64,000 nucleotides of DNA from Spirogloea muscicola (Eukaryota), in contig WELB01000011.1 of the NCBI GenBank assembly GCA_009602725.1, forward strand, positions 994,019 through 1,058,018. The letters run 5' to 3'. Below are positions 27,950 through 40,875 of the stretch, piece by piece (the first letter of the stretch is position 1; each line of letters opens with the position of its first letter). A program made the translations under genes and the position numbers. The notes beneath the pieces are model-generated. The model saw nothing but the letters and a program-made list of their open reading frames with translations. It had not been told where the DNA came from and ran no database searches.

Positions 27950-28378
27950 TGAGCGAGAGCTGATGTTCACGGGGGCTTTCGGCAGCCGTTGGCTGGATCT
28001 CCTCCAGCGGCTTGCCCGTCAGGCCACCGGCGGGCCGGGTCAGCCGGGGGCGATGCCCGGCTTCAATGCCGCCGGGTCGCTAGCCCGAGTTGTCCGAATG
28101 CGCCTGGCGGTATCGTTTCAACGCTCCCTTGCCTACGCCGTCCACACGCGAGCTATGGCCGCCTCCTCTGGGTCTCGGCGGAGTGCCTCTTTCCCTGCAG
28201 CGAGCTACTGAGACCTGATTTTGCTCACTCGCGGGTACTGAGCTTCCCTCTGCATTGTCTACGTGTTTTGTAGTGTAGTCCTTTTCCGGCTCTTCTTTCC
28301 TTTGGCTTTGGACATTGTCCATTCTTTTTTGGGCTGGCTTTGCCAGCCCCTCTTCTCTATGGGCGAGCACTTTCTTCT
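27950..28378 (+). mobile_element. 5'-truncated CRE-like retrotransposon, family A
   Basis: GAFGSRWLDLLQRLA...RMRLAVSFQRSLAYAVH...DLILLTRGY*, then a 3' UTR with the GGGCTGGC-TTT-GCCAGCCC hairpin (28331-28349) and a GGGCGAGCACTTTCT end. Confidence 0.8.
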
Positions 28379-29311
28379 TGAGTATGGGCCGTGAGCATGG
28401 GATGAAGAAGGAAGCCCAAATTCGAGCAATGGACAGAGCTTACCTGCTGCTGATCATGCCGCTTGCGCTTCACAAATATCACCATTTTGGTGCTTTGTCC
28501 GCTCTGCTGCTGCAATCTGGAGTAAGTAGACAGCTGAGATGAACTCAGTAGCGCTAAGCATGCCCGCTTGTCCCACGATATGCCAGGATTGAAGCTGATA
28601 CTCTCAACGGATGGGAGGGCTTCAATGCAAGTGCTACTGCCAGCAGCTTCAAAGCCTGCGCAGGAAGCTTGCCCATACATCCTACAGGTTCACGCCTGCC
28701 TGCATCTGGATACCGCAAGCCCGATATCGAGTTTGCCAAATTCAGCTGAGGCACCAGTGCAGATACTCTGCAGAGCACCGCAAGTTAGTCCAACACAGAC
28801 AATCTGTGTACACATAGCTGATTAGAGAAGGTGTATCACAAGTCACAAGACATCACAAGATATCGAGTCCAGCACCAGATAGGTGACAATCAATCAATAA
28901 ATGTGTACTGCAGTGCTTGCAGTACTTGCTTTGGCTGCAGTATTGAGGCACTGTGTATGCGTGCTTGCCTACTGATTGGTACTTCTGATGCGCACAACTT
29001 GTGTGTCAATGTACATCAAACCAAGTCCTCCCGGGTTTTTTGCTGTGCATGCATAAGGCAGCACAACTTCCTAACTTGCACCATGATCATTTGAGATAAA
29101 TTGAACAAGCAGGTTTCGAATGGACGTTGCCAACTATCACTCAAAGGCCTTGCAGCACCCCATGGAGGGGTTTATTTGCAGGGCTGGAGGCCTTGGGGCT
29201 GGAGGCCCGCTGTTTGCTTGATAGATGCTTCCATCGTGCTGTGTTCTTCATTTTGGTGTTTTGGCCAAAAGCAGAAGACGCCTGCAGATGCCAGTGGCAA
29301 GTGTCACATGG

Positions 29312-32032
29312 CTAGTAGAGGACACCTGCAAAAAGATGTACCAAGGATGCTGCACAAGTGACTACAGAAGGAAAGAAGCCTGGAGGTATGTCATTTGTTC
29401 GTTCTTTGAGTGTCACCTGTGCCCGTGGTCGGAACAGGCGGCTACGGTGCTCGTTGATAAGCTGATCTGCAAACCATGACAAGCGCTCCTCGTTGGTATG
29501 GTCAAGCTCTTCATATCTTCCTGTCCTGGGTAGTGAACAAAGCAGTGTCATCTGTCAGATCATGTCACCAGGACCAGCTGACCTTGCAAAAGCAGCAGAT
29601 GATGAGCGCGCTGTCAAATTCTTGAGCTGTGCTGCACAGAGGTGAGACGACTAGGCCCAAAGCTGCATGAAGGTTTACATAGAGTGTCCCCATCTTGCCA
29701 GTGAGTGTACCTCGTCATCTGTGTGGCCTTCTCCTTCAGGACCTCGTCCGCAAGGTCAAAGAGGAGCTTCACATTCTTGGGCGTCGGATTGTCCATTGCC
29801 TTGGTGGTGCCGGGCAGCTTCTTGACCTGCTTGCGGAGTGCTTAAATGAGAGCATAGCAACTTCGTTCGCATGTGTGCCAACAGCAGCTTGTGAAAGTTG
29901 TAAGGGTACAACTTCGTTCGCATGTGTGCCAACAGCAGCTTGTAGAAATTGTAAGGGTACAAAGAGAAACGCATCTGTGAGATGGAGAGATGCGCTGGAC
30001 CTGAATCCGGAAGTAGTCCAAAGGAGTATCGAGCAGGCGCATAATAGCTGCTACTATGTACTCCGTGATGTGGCTGGAGCTGTTAAACATGATCTCTATC
30101 AACGGCTGCACCCAAGCCAGCTGCCCCCAGTTCCGCACATCCTGCTTACATGCACACAAGGGCCAGTCAGAAGTCCAGTACTTGGAATACTGTTTCCAGG
30201 GTCTGCTATGAAGAAGAAAATTACTGACACAAGTAGCAAGGTAGTGAAGGTTCGGTGCTCTGGCAAAGTGCATATTCACACAACTTGTAATCATTTAGTG
30301 TGGCAGTCGTATACCGTGTACGTGTACCGCGGGGACTCCTCGCCGGTCCCAATCGAGAGGACCAGCTTGCTCTGGAGCTGGGCGTGTCGCCCCTTGTCGT
30401 GGCCCCTGACGTCTGGAAAGACTTCAGGATTTATGTCCACCCACTCAACTGCAACCTGTTCTCAAGCCGCGAACAGCGGATGTAGCATTGGACAAGCTGG
30501 CCAAAAACAGCACATGTGTATGACGTGCAGGCTACCTCGTGGCTTGCTCACATCCAGATTAGCAGCTTGAAGCCAAGCCTCGCAACTTGCAGCCCAATAG
30601 TGGTGCAAGCCCCAGTGCTCTTACTTGCGCACTAAGACAATCTGGACCTCATCCCTTTACTAGCATGGGTGCCCTTTGAGCGAGGCGTACTTGACTAGCA
30701 ATGACTAGACTAGCTGCCAAGCAGATGAGAAGTATGCATGGCCAGCTCGCCTCCAAGGCGTGTGGAAAACTTCAACCAGCACCTCATTCTAGCAGACACA
30801 AGTGGCACAAGGGGTGCTTGCCAGTGTGGGGTTGTTGACCACCAAGCCACCGTCGATGCACACATTCTGGGTGACGCCGTCACACGCGGTGATGGGGGCG
30901 GGCCTGAAGTAGGTGGGTGCTGCCGAGGTAGATCTGAAGGAAATACTGACATTTGTGAGCTGACTGGTCTTATGAATAGAGTGATGACGATTGATGACTG
31001 ACAAGAATACCAACCGCTGACAGTAAGGCTCGAGGATGGAGCTTCTGCAGAGATTTACATTGTCCAATTGGAGATTGAAATTTACCTGCAGACATCAACA
31101 AGGCGGTAGTTGCACCGCTCCAACCTCTTGGCAATGTCCTGGATGAAGAACTGGGGGCTGGCGGAGGCGCAATCCCATGCAGGAATCATGCAAGGCTGCC
31201 AGAGAGCAATTACTGCAGGCTGTGTCAGTGTCCTATATCCTGCCAGCCGTCACGCCACTGGAGCAATGCAGGCCCAATACGAAGGTGCCGGGTCGGCTGC
31301 ACTTTGGGCAGGTAGGCAAGGCCTGTGGAAGTGTGAAGAGGCAACCTTGAGCAGCTCCTTGAGGGTGATGTAATTGCCGTCAGGGTGGCGCAGGTGGGCC
31401 TCAAGGAGCGTCTCGTACTTGCGCGCGCTGTACTTGGGCCGCATTATGTTCTTGATCGCCTGCAGCGGGCTGCAGAGCTTCTGGGGAAAGATGAGCGCGC
31501 CGTGGTGCTCGATGAACTGGCACGCCTCCTCCGCGGTGTACTTGGGGCGCCCGTCCTCCCCGGGCGTCAGGAGCATGACGGTCAGCAGGCCGCCGACTGA
31601 CGTGCCGGCAAAGAGGTCGAAGTAGTCTGCGGGCATTGGAGTGGACGCAGTCAGCGGCAGCGCACCATGTACCGGAGCTGCAAGCCTCAGCCACCTAGCG
31701 TAGCCTTGCAAAGGCTATCCCGTGACGAGGCTACCGTCGCAACGACCGTCGGCTCTGACGGTAGCGGGAGCTCTGAAGCCCTGGCCATGGACGGCAGAGG
31801 CAGCAGCGGGGGTCCGGACCAGCGATGCGCGTGGACGAGTGGCCCGACTTCTGCTGCAGCAGCGCCTCGAGGCGCGCCAGGATGCGCGCGGGGATACAGC
31901 CGCGGATGCCGCCGCCGTCGATGGACAGCACGCACACGCGCCCGTAGGTGCGCCGCTCCTCCGCGTCCGCGGCGGCCTCCGACGCCGCCGGTGCCAGCGG
32001 CGGCTGCAGCGGCGGCGGCTTCTCGCGGGCCG
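29312..32032 (-). CDS. Patatin-like phospholipase (pPLA); 5' end lies in the gap
   Basis: VLSIDGGGIRG, DYFDLFAGTSVGG (GxSxG nucleophile), STSAAPTYF, IDGGLVVNNP (DGG), LVLSIGTG, MDNPTPKN. Confidence 0.93.
29858..29960 (+). repeat. Intronic tandem duplication, 51-bp unit x2
   Basis: CAACTTCGTTCGCATGTGTGCCAACAGCAGCTTGT..AA.TTGTAAGGGTA occurs twice. Confidence 0.85.
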
Positions 32033-32199
32033 NNNNNNNNNNNNNNNNNNNNNNNNNNNNNNNNNNNNNNNNNNNNNNNNNNNNNNNNNNNNNNNNNNNN
32101 NNNNNNNNNNNNNNNNNNNNNNNNNNNNNNNNNNNNNNNNNNNNNNNNNNNNNNNNNNNNNNNNNNNNNNNNNNNNNNNNNNNNNNNNNNNNNNNNNNN

Positions 32200-35100
32200 G
32201 CGGCGCGCTGCTGGCCCTGGCCGCCGCCGCCGCCGGCACCTGCTCGGGTCAGAGCGCTCGCCCGGGCCGCCAGCGCCGCCGTCCTCGCTGCCCGTCGCCG
32301 GCGATGCGCTTCCTGAAGCTGCGCAGCGAGTGGGGGAGAGCCTGTGCGCAGACGCGGAGGAGCTGGAGCTCGAGCTGCAGGCCGCCATGGCTCTGCTGAT
32401 GGAGCCGCGCGGCGGTGCCTCTGCGGAGGCCCATGGCGGTGGTGCATCCCCGCTCGGGTCGTCGCTGCGTGCGGCACTTCTCCACGCCCAGCGCGTCCAG
32501 ATGGAGCTCCAAGAGCGCCGCGCGGCTGTCGCTGCGGTGGACGCCTTGGTGCAGCTCAGCAACGAGCTTCAGGTCCGCTGACCGGCCTGTCTGGCCCTTC
32601 TGCTCGACTGGAGGCAGTTTGCAGGTTGCGTCCACCTTGCATAGGCAGCCTGGCTCTGCAGCTGGCAGCTCGTTGCTTGCACGGCCGCCTTATCTCGGCT
32701 TCGCATCGACGTGACTTGCGCAAGCAACGGTGTAAGTGGGCTTGGCAGGCACGCAGTCCTCTGTCAGTGCAATTCAGCCAGTCACTTTTTAGCTATTGTC
32801 CTCAAATCATCTCCCTGGTTGCGGACCTCTCTTTCTGAGCAAAATCCAGGAGCTACTTGTATACTTGCGCTTGCATCGTGCTTGATTCGGATTTGAGCAT
32901 ATAATGCAGGTGATAGAAGAGTGCATCAAAGCTGGCAAGCTGGTGCAGGCTGCGCATGCTCTCCGCAGCCTTCAGGCGCCGCTCGGCCTGCAGGCTGTAG
33001 AGGGCAAGCTTGCAACAGATCAAGCTGCCAAGGAGCCTCCTTATTTCATTCTTGAAACATTTCAGCAGGACTGGGTCGCTCGGCATACACAGGTAAGCTC
33101 ACACAAAATTAGCAGCTAGGCTTAACAATTTGGAACTCTAGGACTGGGTTCAGGGTGTAGGGCTCGCCTTAAGTACTTATAGTAGTTGACACAGAGAGAA
33201 AGCGTAAGACTTGCCTGGCAACGTTTCTAGTGATTGCTGCTCGGAGTGTACGCTGGAGAGCAAGATTACTCCTATGTAGAGTAGCCTTGGAGCACTTCAG
33301 AGGCTCCAAAGGCATTATACTCTCGCTTCGAGGCATCGTGGTCTTGGACAATGTGACGACTTTTCTTGGGCACTTTCTACCCTTCATACAGTCAGCTGTT
33401 TGATTGCATCTACTGAGCGGCTGCTTGCAGTTGTGCAGCTCAAGTGTAGGCTGGGCGAAGTAGTCTCCCAGAATGTAGTCCTGGACCAGAGGAAATGTGA
33501 GCTTCGGGTCACTTGTCGTCAACCCACAGCCCAAGCATCGCCGACGTACGGGAAAGCACTGGAGAGCTTGCAGGTCATCCTTCTGCATTGAACTTGGCAA
33601 TACTTAGTGATGCATTGGAAGGTCAAAGCACCAGAGCACGTGGAATGCTGCATCAATTTGTCCATCTAGTCAAGGGCTTCATAGGTCATTCAAGCTGGCC
33701 CAAATTCAGACTCTGGGTGCGGCTTGCTGTCTTATTTGAGGCCTCAGGCTCTTGATTTACTGGAAGAGTACTTTGCCAGCCTATCTGAAGATCTCTTTCA
33801 AGCGGTGCTGGTTGCTCTTACCTGTCAAGCTGATGTGGGCTTGGAGGAAGTTCAGCGGTCATCCCCCACCTCTGATGCCATACTTACTTGGCACATCACT
33901 GATCAAGCAGCGACGGTGAGCTGATCGTATCCACAGCCAGATAGTGGTGCACGTTTCATAATCCTGTGCACTTGTTCCTGCATGTGTGCATAAGCTGACC
34001 CTCATCAACTGCCCGACACCTTGCAAACAGGCCCATCCAAAACCAACAGAACTCTACTCAAAGTTGCTTGTCTTCATGGGCTTCTTGCTACGTGAGGTGC
34101 TTCAAGGAGATCAGCAACGACTGTGCCAGCTTGGCTGGGCCTTGTGGCCAAGGCTAGCGGATGCTGTCATTGCTGGCTGCTTGAGTAAGGTGCTCATCCC
34201 TGTCCCATGTGTAGGCAGGCTCGTGTTCGTGCAAGGCGTTAATAATATGCTACTTGCTGGAACTAAACGTCTTGTCTGGATGTAGTAGGGGGACAAATTT
34301 CCAGCATGGAAGATGTTGTGAGAGTCCACCTCCTGTCCTGCCCATTGACCTGCAGTTGCTAATAAGGTGATTGGCAGATTGCACAGGCAATCTATGATAT
34401 GAGCTTATAAGATCAAACAGATGGCCTACAGCAACATCTGAAGGCAAGCTTTTGACGTTGAGCTGACAAGCTGACTGCTTGTACTTATGTTGTGGCAGGC
34501 AGTACCAAACGAGACCGCTGAGCTTGTGCAATTCCAGCAGGTGGCAAGTGAGACAAGGAGACTGGAGTCCTCACTAGCCGATATGGGCCTCTTTGATCTG
34601 CTCAAGAGAGACAGTGACAAGGAGCACTTCTCCTGCCGGTTGAGCAATTACGCAGCGGATGTGGACATGCATTTTGCCAGCAAGAGAAGAAGGAAGGTGC
34701 AAGCGAGGGCACAAGCGCTGATCAAGACTCCAGGATTGTACTCGTGCAAGGTACACAAGATGGATGAGGAGATTGAGCAATCTGTGCAGAATGAAGTTTT
34801 ATGAGACCTATCACCTGGGCAGTGTCTCATGCACAGATGCTTGTTGAGGTGCGGAATGCAGGACTTGCAAAACTGTGGAGGTATGAAGTGGACAGATGGC
34901 AAGAAAGAATTGCGTGCAGGGCTTCCTCCATTTTTCCAATGGGAAGCATGCGCAGTGTCCATTCCAATCCACGAGCTGGCAGATCTTGTGCGAGAGTCCC
35001 TGGACGAGGCTGTAAAGTCAACCCCCAGGACAGCCATGGAGCTCTACAGAGCTTCGAGGGATGCACTGCTTCTCTTCCAAGCAGTGGCTCCAGCCAAGGT

Positions 35101-37252
35101 GGTCACAACTGCCGTGAAGAGAAGCTGTAGCATCATCTGTAGCGCAGATGTCCTGCATTCTTGCTTTCTGGGGCACATGCTTTCATCAAGGAGCCAGTGA
35201 CCAATAAATAGAGGCTAATGTACACTGTGCTTGGACCAGTTCGACGCAGTCCTGACTTCGGATACCCGGCAAGCAATGGTTTTCCACAATGACTGCCTCT
35301 TCTTGAAGCACTTGACTCTGACTCTTGCTTTTCAGGTGAGCCCAATCATGCAGTCTAACTCTGATAGTCTTGACTAATGGCAAGCAGACAATGATGCTGA
35401 TGTTTGTACACTGTGTAAAAGCTTGCCCAGCATTGAGAGGTAGCTGCTCAGCTTGTCTGTCGTGAAGGTATGAAATGATGGGGTTGACGAACGACGTCAA
35501 TGTGTTGCACCAAGACTCTAGGTCTTACACAAAGACCTACCTACTAAACTAGTGATTGTCCTTGGCTGGCGAGCGAGCAGTATCAGAGATTCTTGCCACA
35601 GCCGTTACCAGATATTGTGACGTACCTCGACATGGTCCCTCAGTTGAGGCAACTTGCTGAAGAGACACGACTGTCACAAATGGAGCGGCAGAAGCAAAAA
35701 TTAGATCAGGTGCTTTCAGTGATCTGCACTCATAAAGGAATATCTTGAAAGGACTGACAAGTAAGCTCATCTGTCTCAGCATATGCTAAGTCTGTCCTTG
35801 ATTCTATGCCCTTATGTGACGAATAAAAGCACTGGTTCTATTCAGGCACTGGAAGGAGCAGATGGCTTTCGATCCACAGACAATGAACGGCATCTAGGCA
35901 ATGCCAAGGGGGCCCTGAGGAAGGTACATATGCCAACACGTGCAGCTTGTTCGGACTTGGGAGTCATCGATTGACTGGTTTAAGGTTTTAGTTGAAATCG
36001 TAAACTAGTTTCGCTTGGAGACTTGAATGTTTGAATGGTTGAGCGGTTAACACGACACACCTATGGCTTGGCACTGTCTGCTGGACACTTACCTCCACAT
36101 GTGTGTATGCATTGACGTGGCTTTGCACCAGGCTATCAGCGAGCTTAAAGCCGTTGGAGATGCTTGGAGGCCCGTGCTGGCATGGTCCGTGTACGTGGAG
36201 TCGATGACTGAGCTGATTGACAAGCTTTTTACGCTCTTCATTTTCAATGTACTTAACTTGAGGGACATGGCTGTTGAAGAAACAGTGCAGGTGAGAAAAC
36301 TTTGTTTGAGGTTACCAGCTTTGCAAGAAGGAGAACACACATGTCCATGGTAAGTATGCGCCCTGTTTGATTGATATCATAGAGTGAAGAGACCATAGAC
36401 TTGTTGCTTATTGACATTTGTGGTGCAGTTGAAACGCCTTGCAGATTTGCTGCTGTCAGACTTGGTGCCGCTTTTGTTTCCAAAGGGGGTCAAGCACTCC
36501 ACCACTTTGAGGGAGGAGGCTGAGTCCTTGAGTACGAGCCACCCAGGTGCCGCTGATGTATTGGAGGGTTTGCTCTCCTACAGAAAGCTTCGCAGATTGG
36601 CAGGTCTGTGGATATCACTCTTGCTGCCTGAACTCTGTACACATAATGAGCTGAAGAAGCAGTGTTTCGAACTTTCCGTGATTAGCAAGTGTAAACTGTG
36701 CGTCATAGATAGGAGCTTGCTGCACAGGTGTTGTCTTGGATCTGTGAATCCCACAACCCAAGGGTCTATTGCTTTGCCGCCTGCTTTTCCAGATCTGCTT
36801 GATATGTCCCTCTTGTTCATAAGACAAGCTTGGGAGAGTCGGGACCTTCTTGAATGTGGTTTCAGCAGCCAGGAGGTGAGTTAAGTGCTTACTCTTTAGT
36901 ATGTGATTTGAAGGTCTTGCATCTCCTCAATGTGCTGCTTGGCACCCTATTCAGGATTGACTGTGTCATCTGTCAGAGATGCTCAGGAGGCTGATACAAT
37001 TGCGAATAAGAGAAGGGAGCCCAAAATGCTTGGTCGTTCAGGCCAGGGATGTGCATTGACAAGACTAGAATTTCTCTCTCTGGTGGCCAAAAGGAGCACC
37101 AGCAAAGCCAGTTTGAAGGTGGCTTGCTCATGTCGTGCTGTGCACCTCGGATTTTCTCTGATGCTGGACAGGTGCGGAAGTTGATAGAGGCCATATTCTC
37201 TGACACCCCCCTTCGGAAGGATTGCATCATCTATGTGTCAAGACAACCATAG
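32200..37252 (+). CDS. ZW10: Centromere/kinetochore protein ZW10 homolog (Dsl1/NRZ complex)
   Basis: LWPRLADAVIAGCLSKAVP, RLSNYAADVDMHFASKRR, LYRASRDALLLFQAVAP, AMVFHNDCLFL, ALEGADGF, IFNVLNLRDMAVEETVQL, LLDMSL..I...WES..L..CGFS..EVRKLIEAIFSDTPLRKDC. Confidence 0.9.
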
Positions 37253-37718
37253 TCAATGCAGCTACCACTGTGGCAAAGAGGGCATGTCTGCAAGTTGCTG
37301 GAAGAGCGACATCAAGGAGAGACTGTGTTTGACCCCAGGCTCATCACTGCTACAGCCTTATTCTTGGCGCCTTTGCCTTTGATGTTTCCCAACACAAGCA
37401 GTGGTGGTGACAGGCGAATGACAAGCCACTTCTGCCTCAAAGATTTGAAGACTTTCCTGTGAGTATGCCAGAGTGCCAAGCTAGCACTTGCGCGATCTCT
37501 ATGTTGTCCTCTAGATGTGAGAATAGGCTGGATGTTGTATCGTCTTCTCCATTGTTGCAAGTGCTACTGCTTTTACTATACTGCAGTGTGCAGCATAATC
37601 AAAGCAGTATAGTAAATTCCAGATTTTCAGTTTTGTATCCTTTGAATAGGCAGTAATTTTGGCCACTAAGGTGAGCATATAATGAGTATCACAATGGACG
37701 TTCACTCGTGCTGACCAT

Positions 37719-40192
37719 TCATGCTATTTGAACAGGGCCTGGTCTTGTCAAGAATACAGGAGTGCTGAGAGGCTCCTGTACACTCGGCACATGGTATTGT
37801 GGGGCGACTTGGGGTGGAACATTTAGCCTGAAGAATTGGGCATAATCGAGATAATGCGCCACTGCCTTGGTGCTGACGCCCTTGCCTAACACTCGCTGGC
37901 CATGCCCAGCACCCTGCATGCCGCATAGTGGTCCAAGATATTAAAATGTCTTTCATCATCCTGTACACGAGACCGCAGAACAGCTGCAAGTTGCAGAAGT
38001 ACACACATCAGAGTGATACAGTATGGAACGTGGTAGCTTGCCTGGTCTAACACTCATGGTGACCATTCTTGTGCGCCATGCTCACCTGCATTGAGCCAGG
38101 CCCAAAGCAATTGCCATCTTCCCAAAAAGTTGGCCGCGTGGGGTCCGTGTTGGTGTTCCACGGCGACCAGCCAGCAGCAGGCACACAGCTATCAATGAAG
38201 CAGCTCGCCAGTATGACACGAGCGTCCTGGCCCCAAGGCCTGCCCAAGAACACCTGCCGGCCTAGGCCGGCCGAATGTGTGCATGTAAACTTGCACTTAT
38301 CAAAAACAAAGCCGCCTTCATCCGTTGGGTCAGCTTCCACATCCCGTCGGTGCGCTGCAAAGCGCGCAAGCTGATTCTGTCAGGCTGATGCCCAAGCCTC
38401 TGTCAGCATGATTTTCTTAACCGAAAACCACATGCAGATACTGTGAGGATCAGAATTCAACTGGATCACAGCTACCTGTGTAGAAGCCTGGTGAGTTGTT
38501 GGCTGTGATGCAGCAGGATACAAAGACAGCATATGCCTGCGGCCCTCCAAATATGAAGTCCACACTGCCTACAATCTCGCATCGTTCATAGTACTGCAAG
38601 GGCAGGAACAGGACACACCAGATGAGGATGGTACTCCTCAAGGTCAAGGAGGTTCTCAATTATTTAAATAGATGCAATTTTGTTGTCTCTTGTATAGTAT
38701 CAAAGAGTGTAATCAATCAACCCCTGAGAATCTCTGAACAGCAAACTGGAGCATTTGCAAGATCAACTGAGCACAAAGTTCAATGTCTTTGTGCCACAGC
38801 AAAGTTGTGGCCAAGACTTTAGTACCACACAAAGCACAAAGCAGCTTGGTCAACATGGTGAGCGCTCACCTGCCTGCCCTGCTTTGCATAGAGTGTGTCC
38901 TGGTATCCCATAAACCTGCAGCCATAGAAGGCTGCTGAGTTGCTCTGCACCCTCACTGCCACAGCCTGCACGCAGGAGGTCGCTAACAAAAAGGCTTAAA
39001 CCCAGCAAGCTATTGGGGGCCAACAGCAGGTCACGAGGCTGCTAGTCTGACCTTGCAGCAGACTGGCAGCAGAGGGCGCTTTGCGGCAGACCTGATTTAG
39101 GCCAGATGCGCCGCCGCAGCGGGGCCCCGCGGAGTTTTCGATTGAGATGTTGACGGCCTCAAACTTCTGCGCATCAATCTGCGCCACGTGAAGCACGCCC
39201 CCATGAACTCGCGCAGCGGTCAGCCAGCTTGGCTCAGCGCGTCCCGCTCATCACCTCAAGGTTGTTCCAGCTTAGGAGCGGGCTGACAAAGGGGCTCAGC
39301 GAGCAGCTCACCAGGAGCGTGCCACAAGTGTACGTGCTGTAGGGCTTCCCGTCCGGCCCGCCGGGCTTGCCATTGAAGGCGTCAAAGGTGATGAGCGTGT
39401 TCTCCGCGCTCTCCCCCTGAAGCAGGACGCGGCCGCCGCTCCCTGGACAGGACAGTCAGGAGGGCGACCGCCAGAGCCCACGAGCCGCCGTCTGGCTGGC
39501 CGAGCGACGGCGGCGGCGGAGCCTTGGCCCCAGTGTAGCAAAGGCAACGTGGGCGCCGCTCGACATGAAGCGGAGGCGCGCCCAAAGGCAAGGCTTTTGG
39601 AGCCGTCGAGCCTACGGCGCTCCGTCGCGCTCACCACGATCACGACGTCCGCCTTGTGAGAGGGTATGAGGACCTGGGCGCCATTGGGCAGCCGCGCCAC
39701 CGAGGGCCGCCGGGCGTCAGCGCAGGGCGCACCCGAAACCCTACCACAAACTTGTAAACCCTAATTTTTAGACACTGAGTCCTGAACTCGAGACCCTGTG
39801 CCGGGCTGTCACCTGCCCGCGGTACACGCTGGGGAGGACGCGGATGACGGCCCGGCCGTGCGGCGGCGCCGCGTCCACAGCGGCCTGGACGGTCCCGAAG
39901 TGCCCGCCGCCGCCCACGACCAGCGTTGCCGCGCCGGGGCCCCACGCATGACTCGACCCAAAAATCGCCGGGACCGGCACCGCCGCCGGCTTTGGCCTCC
40001 GCCGCGACGCGGCTGGCGCGGTGGCGAGGCGGTCAACGTCAAGGAAGCCGCCGCCACCGCCGCCGCCTGCCTCGACCGCCGCCGCCGTCGGCCGTGCAGC
40101 CGGCGGCCAANGCCGTCCGCCGGGCGGCCCGGCGGGGGCTCCTCCGTCCCGCTGCCGGGGAAGCGGGCGCAGCAGGCGAAGAGGCTGGCCAT
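37719..40192 (-). CDS. Pectin methylesterase (CE8) without PRO/PMEI domain or obvious signal peptide
   Basis: GHFGTVQAAVDA, IENSAG, QAVAVRV, FYGCRFMGYQDTLY, YYERCEIVGSVDFIFG, GFVFDKC, FLGRPW, GWSPW. A single 'n' at 40111 leaves the N-terminal frame ambiguous. Confidence 0.9.
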
Positions 40193-40448
40193 GGCGGCGG
40201 CGGCGGCGGCGCCGGGGGCGGCGGAATTCGCTCCGCACTTTGCGCCGCTTTGTCGTACGAGCTGCACGTGCCGGGGGCATCCCGCCGCGCGGCCGGCAAA
40301 TGTCATGCCACGTGTAATGCACGAGCGCCACCTCACCAGCGGCACGCGCCCGGGCGGAAGCGAGATCTTATCAAGTTGACGGCAGCCCGACGGCGCCGTC
40401 TTCGCAAACGGCGTCTCGGAGCTCCCTCTGCCTTCACCCCGGGCCACT

Positions 40449-40849
40449 GAAGGCCGGGTTACACCGGGTCGGTCGGCCGCGCGGAGGGGTACGTGTCGCG
40501 CGCTGTATGGAAAGACCGCGTCACGCTGGCGCGGGGCCCGGTCGCACGCCACGGGGGCGCCACATCGGACGCTGACCAGGACGCCTTTCGGGCGCGTTAA
40601 AGGAAGAAACGCGCGCGTTTGCCAAGCTGGCGGCCGGCATCGAGACCTCCTCCCGAGGTGGTCTGACCGCGGCCCCCACCCCACCCGGCCCCGGCACGAA
40701 AAGGACAGCTGGCACCAATTTCTCCGAAAACGCGAGATTCCAAATTCGCATCCGCACGTGCAGGCGGCCTCGGCCTCCGTGGCAGCGACAACCCCTTGAC
40801 CCGGCGGTCAAATCGATAGGGCCGACCGACCCGGTGTAACCCGGCCTTC
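40449..40849. mobile_element. MITE (~400 bp) with perfect ~30-bp TIRs, PIF/Harbinger-like
   Basis: GAAGGCCGGGTTACACCGGGTCGGTCGGCC at 40449-40478 and its exact reverse complement at 40820-40849, flanked by a 3-bp direct repeat ACT (40446-48, 40850-52). Confidence 0.8.
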
Positions 40850-40875
40850 ACTCACCGCTATTGCACTCAAGCTCC

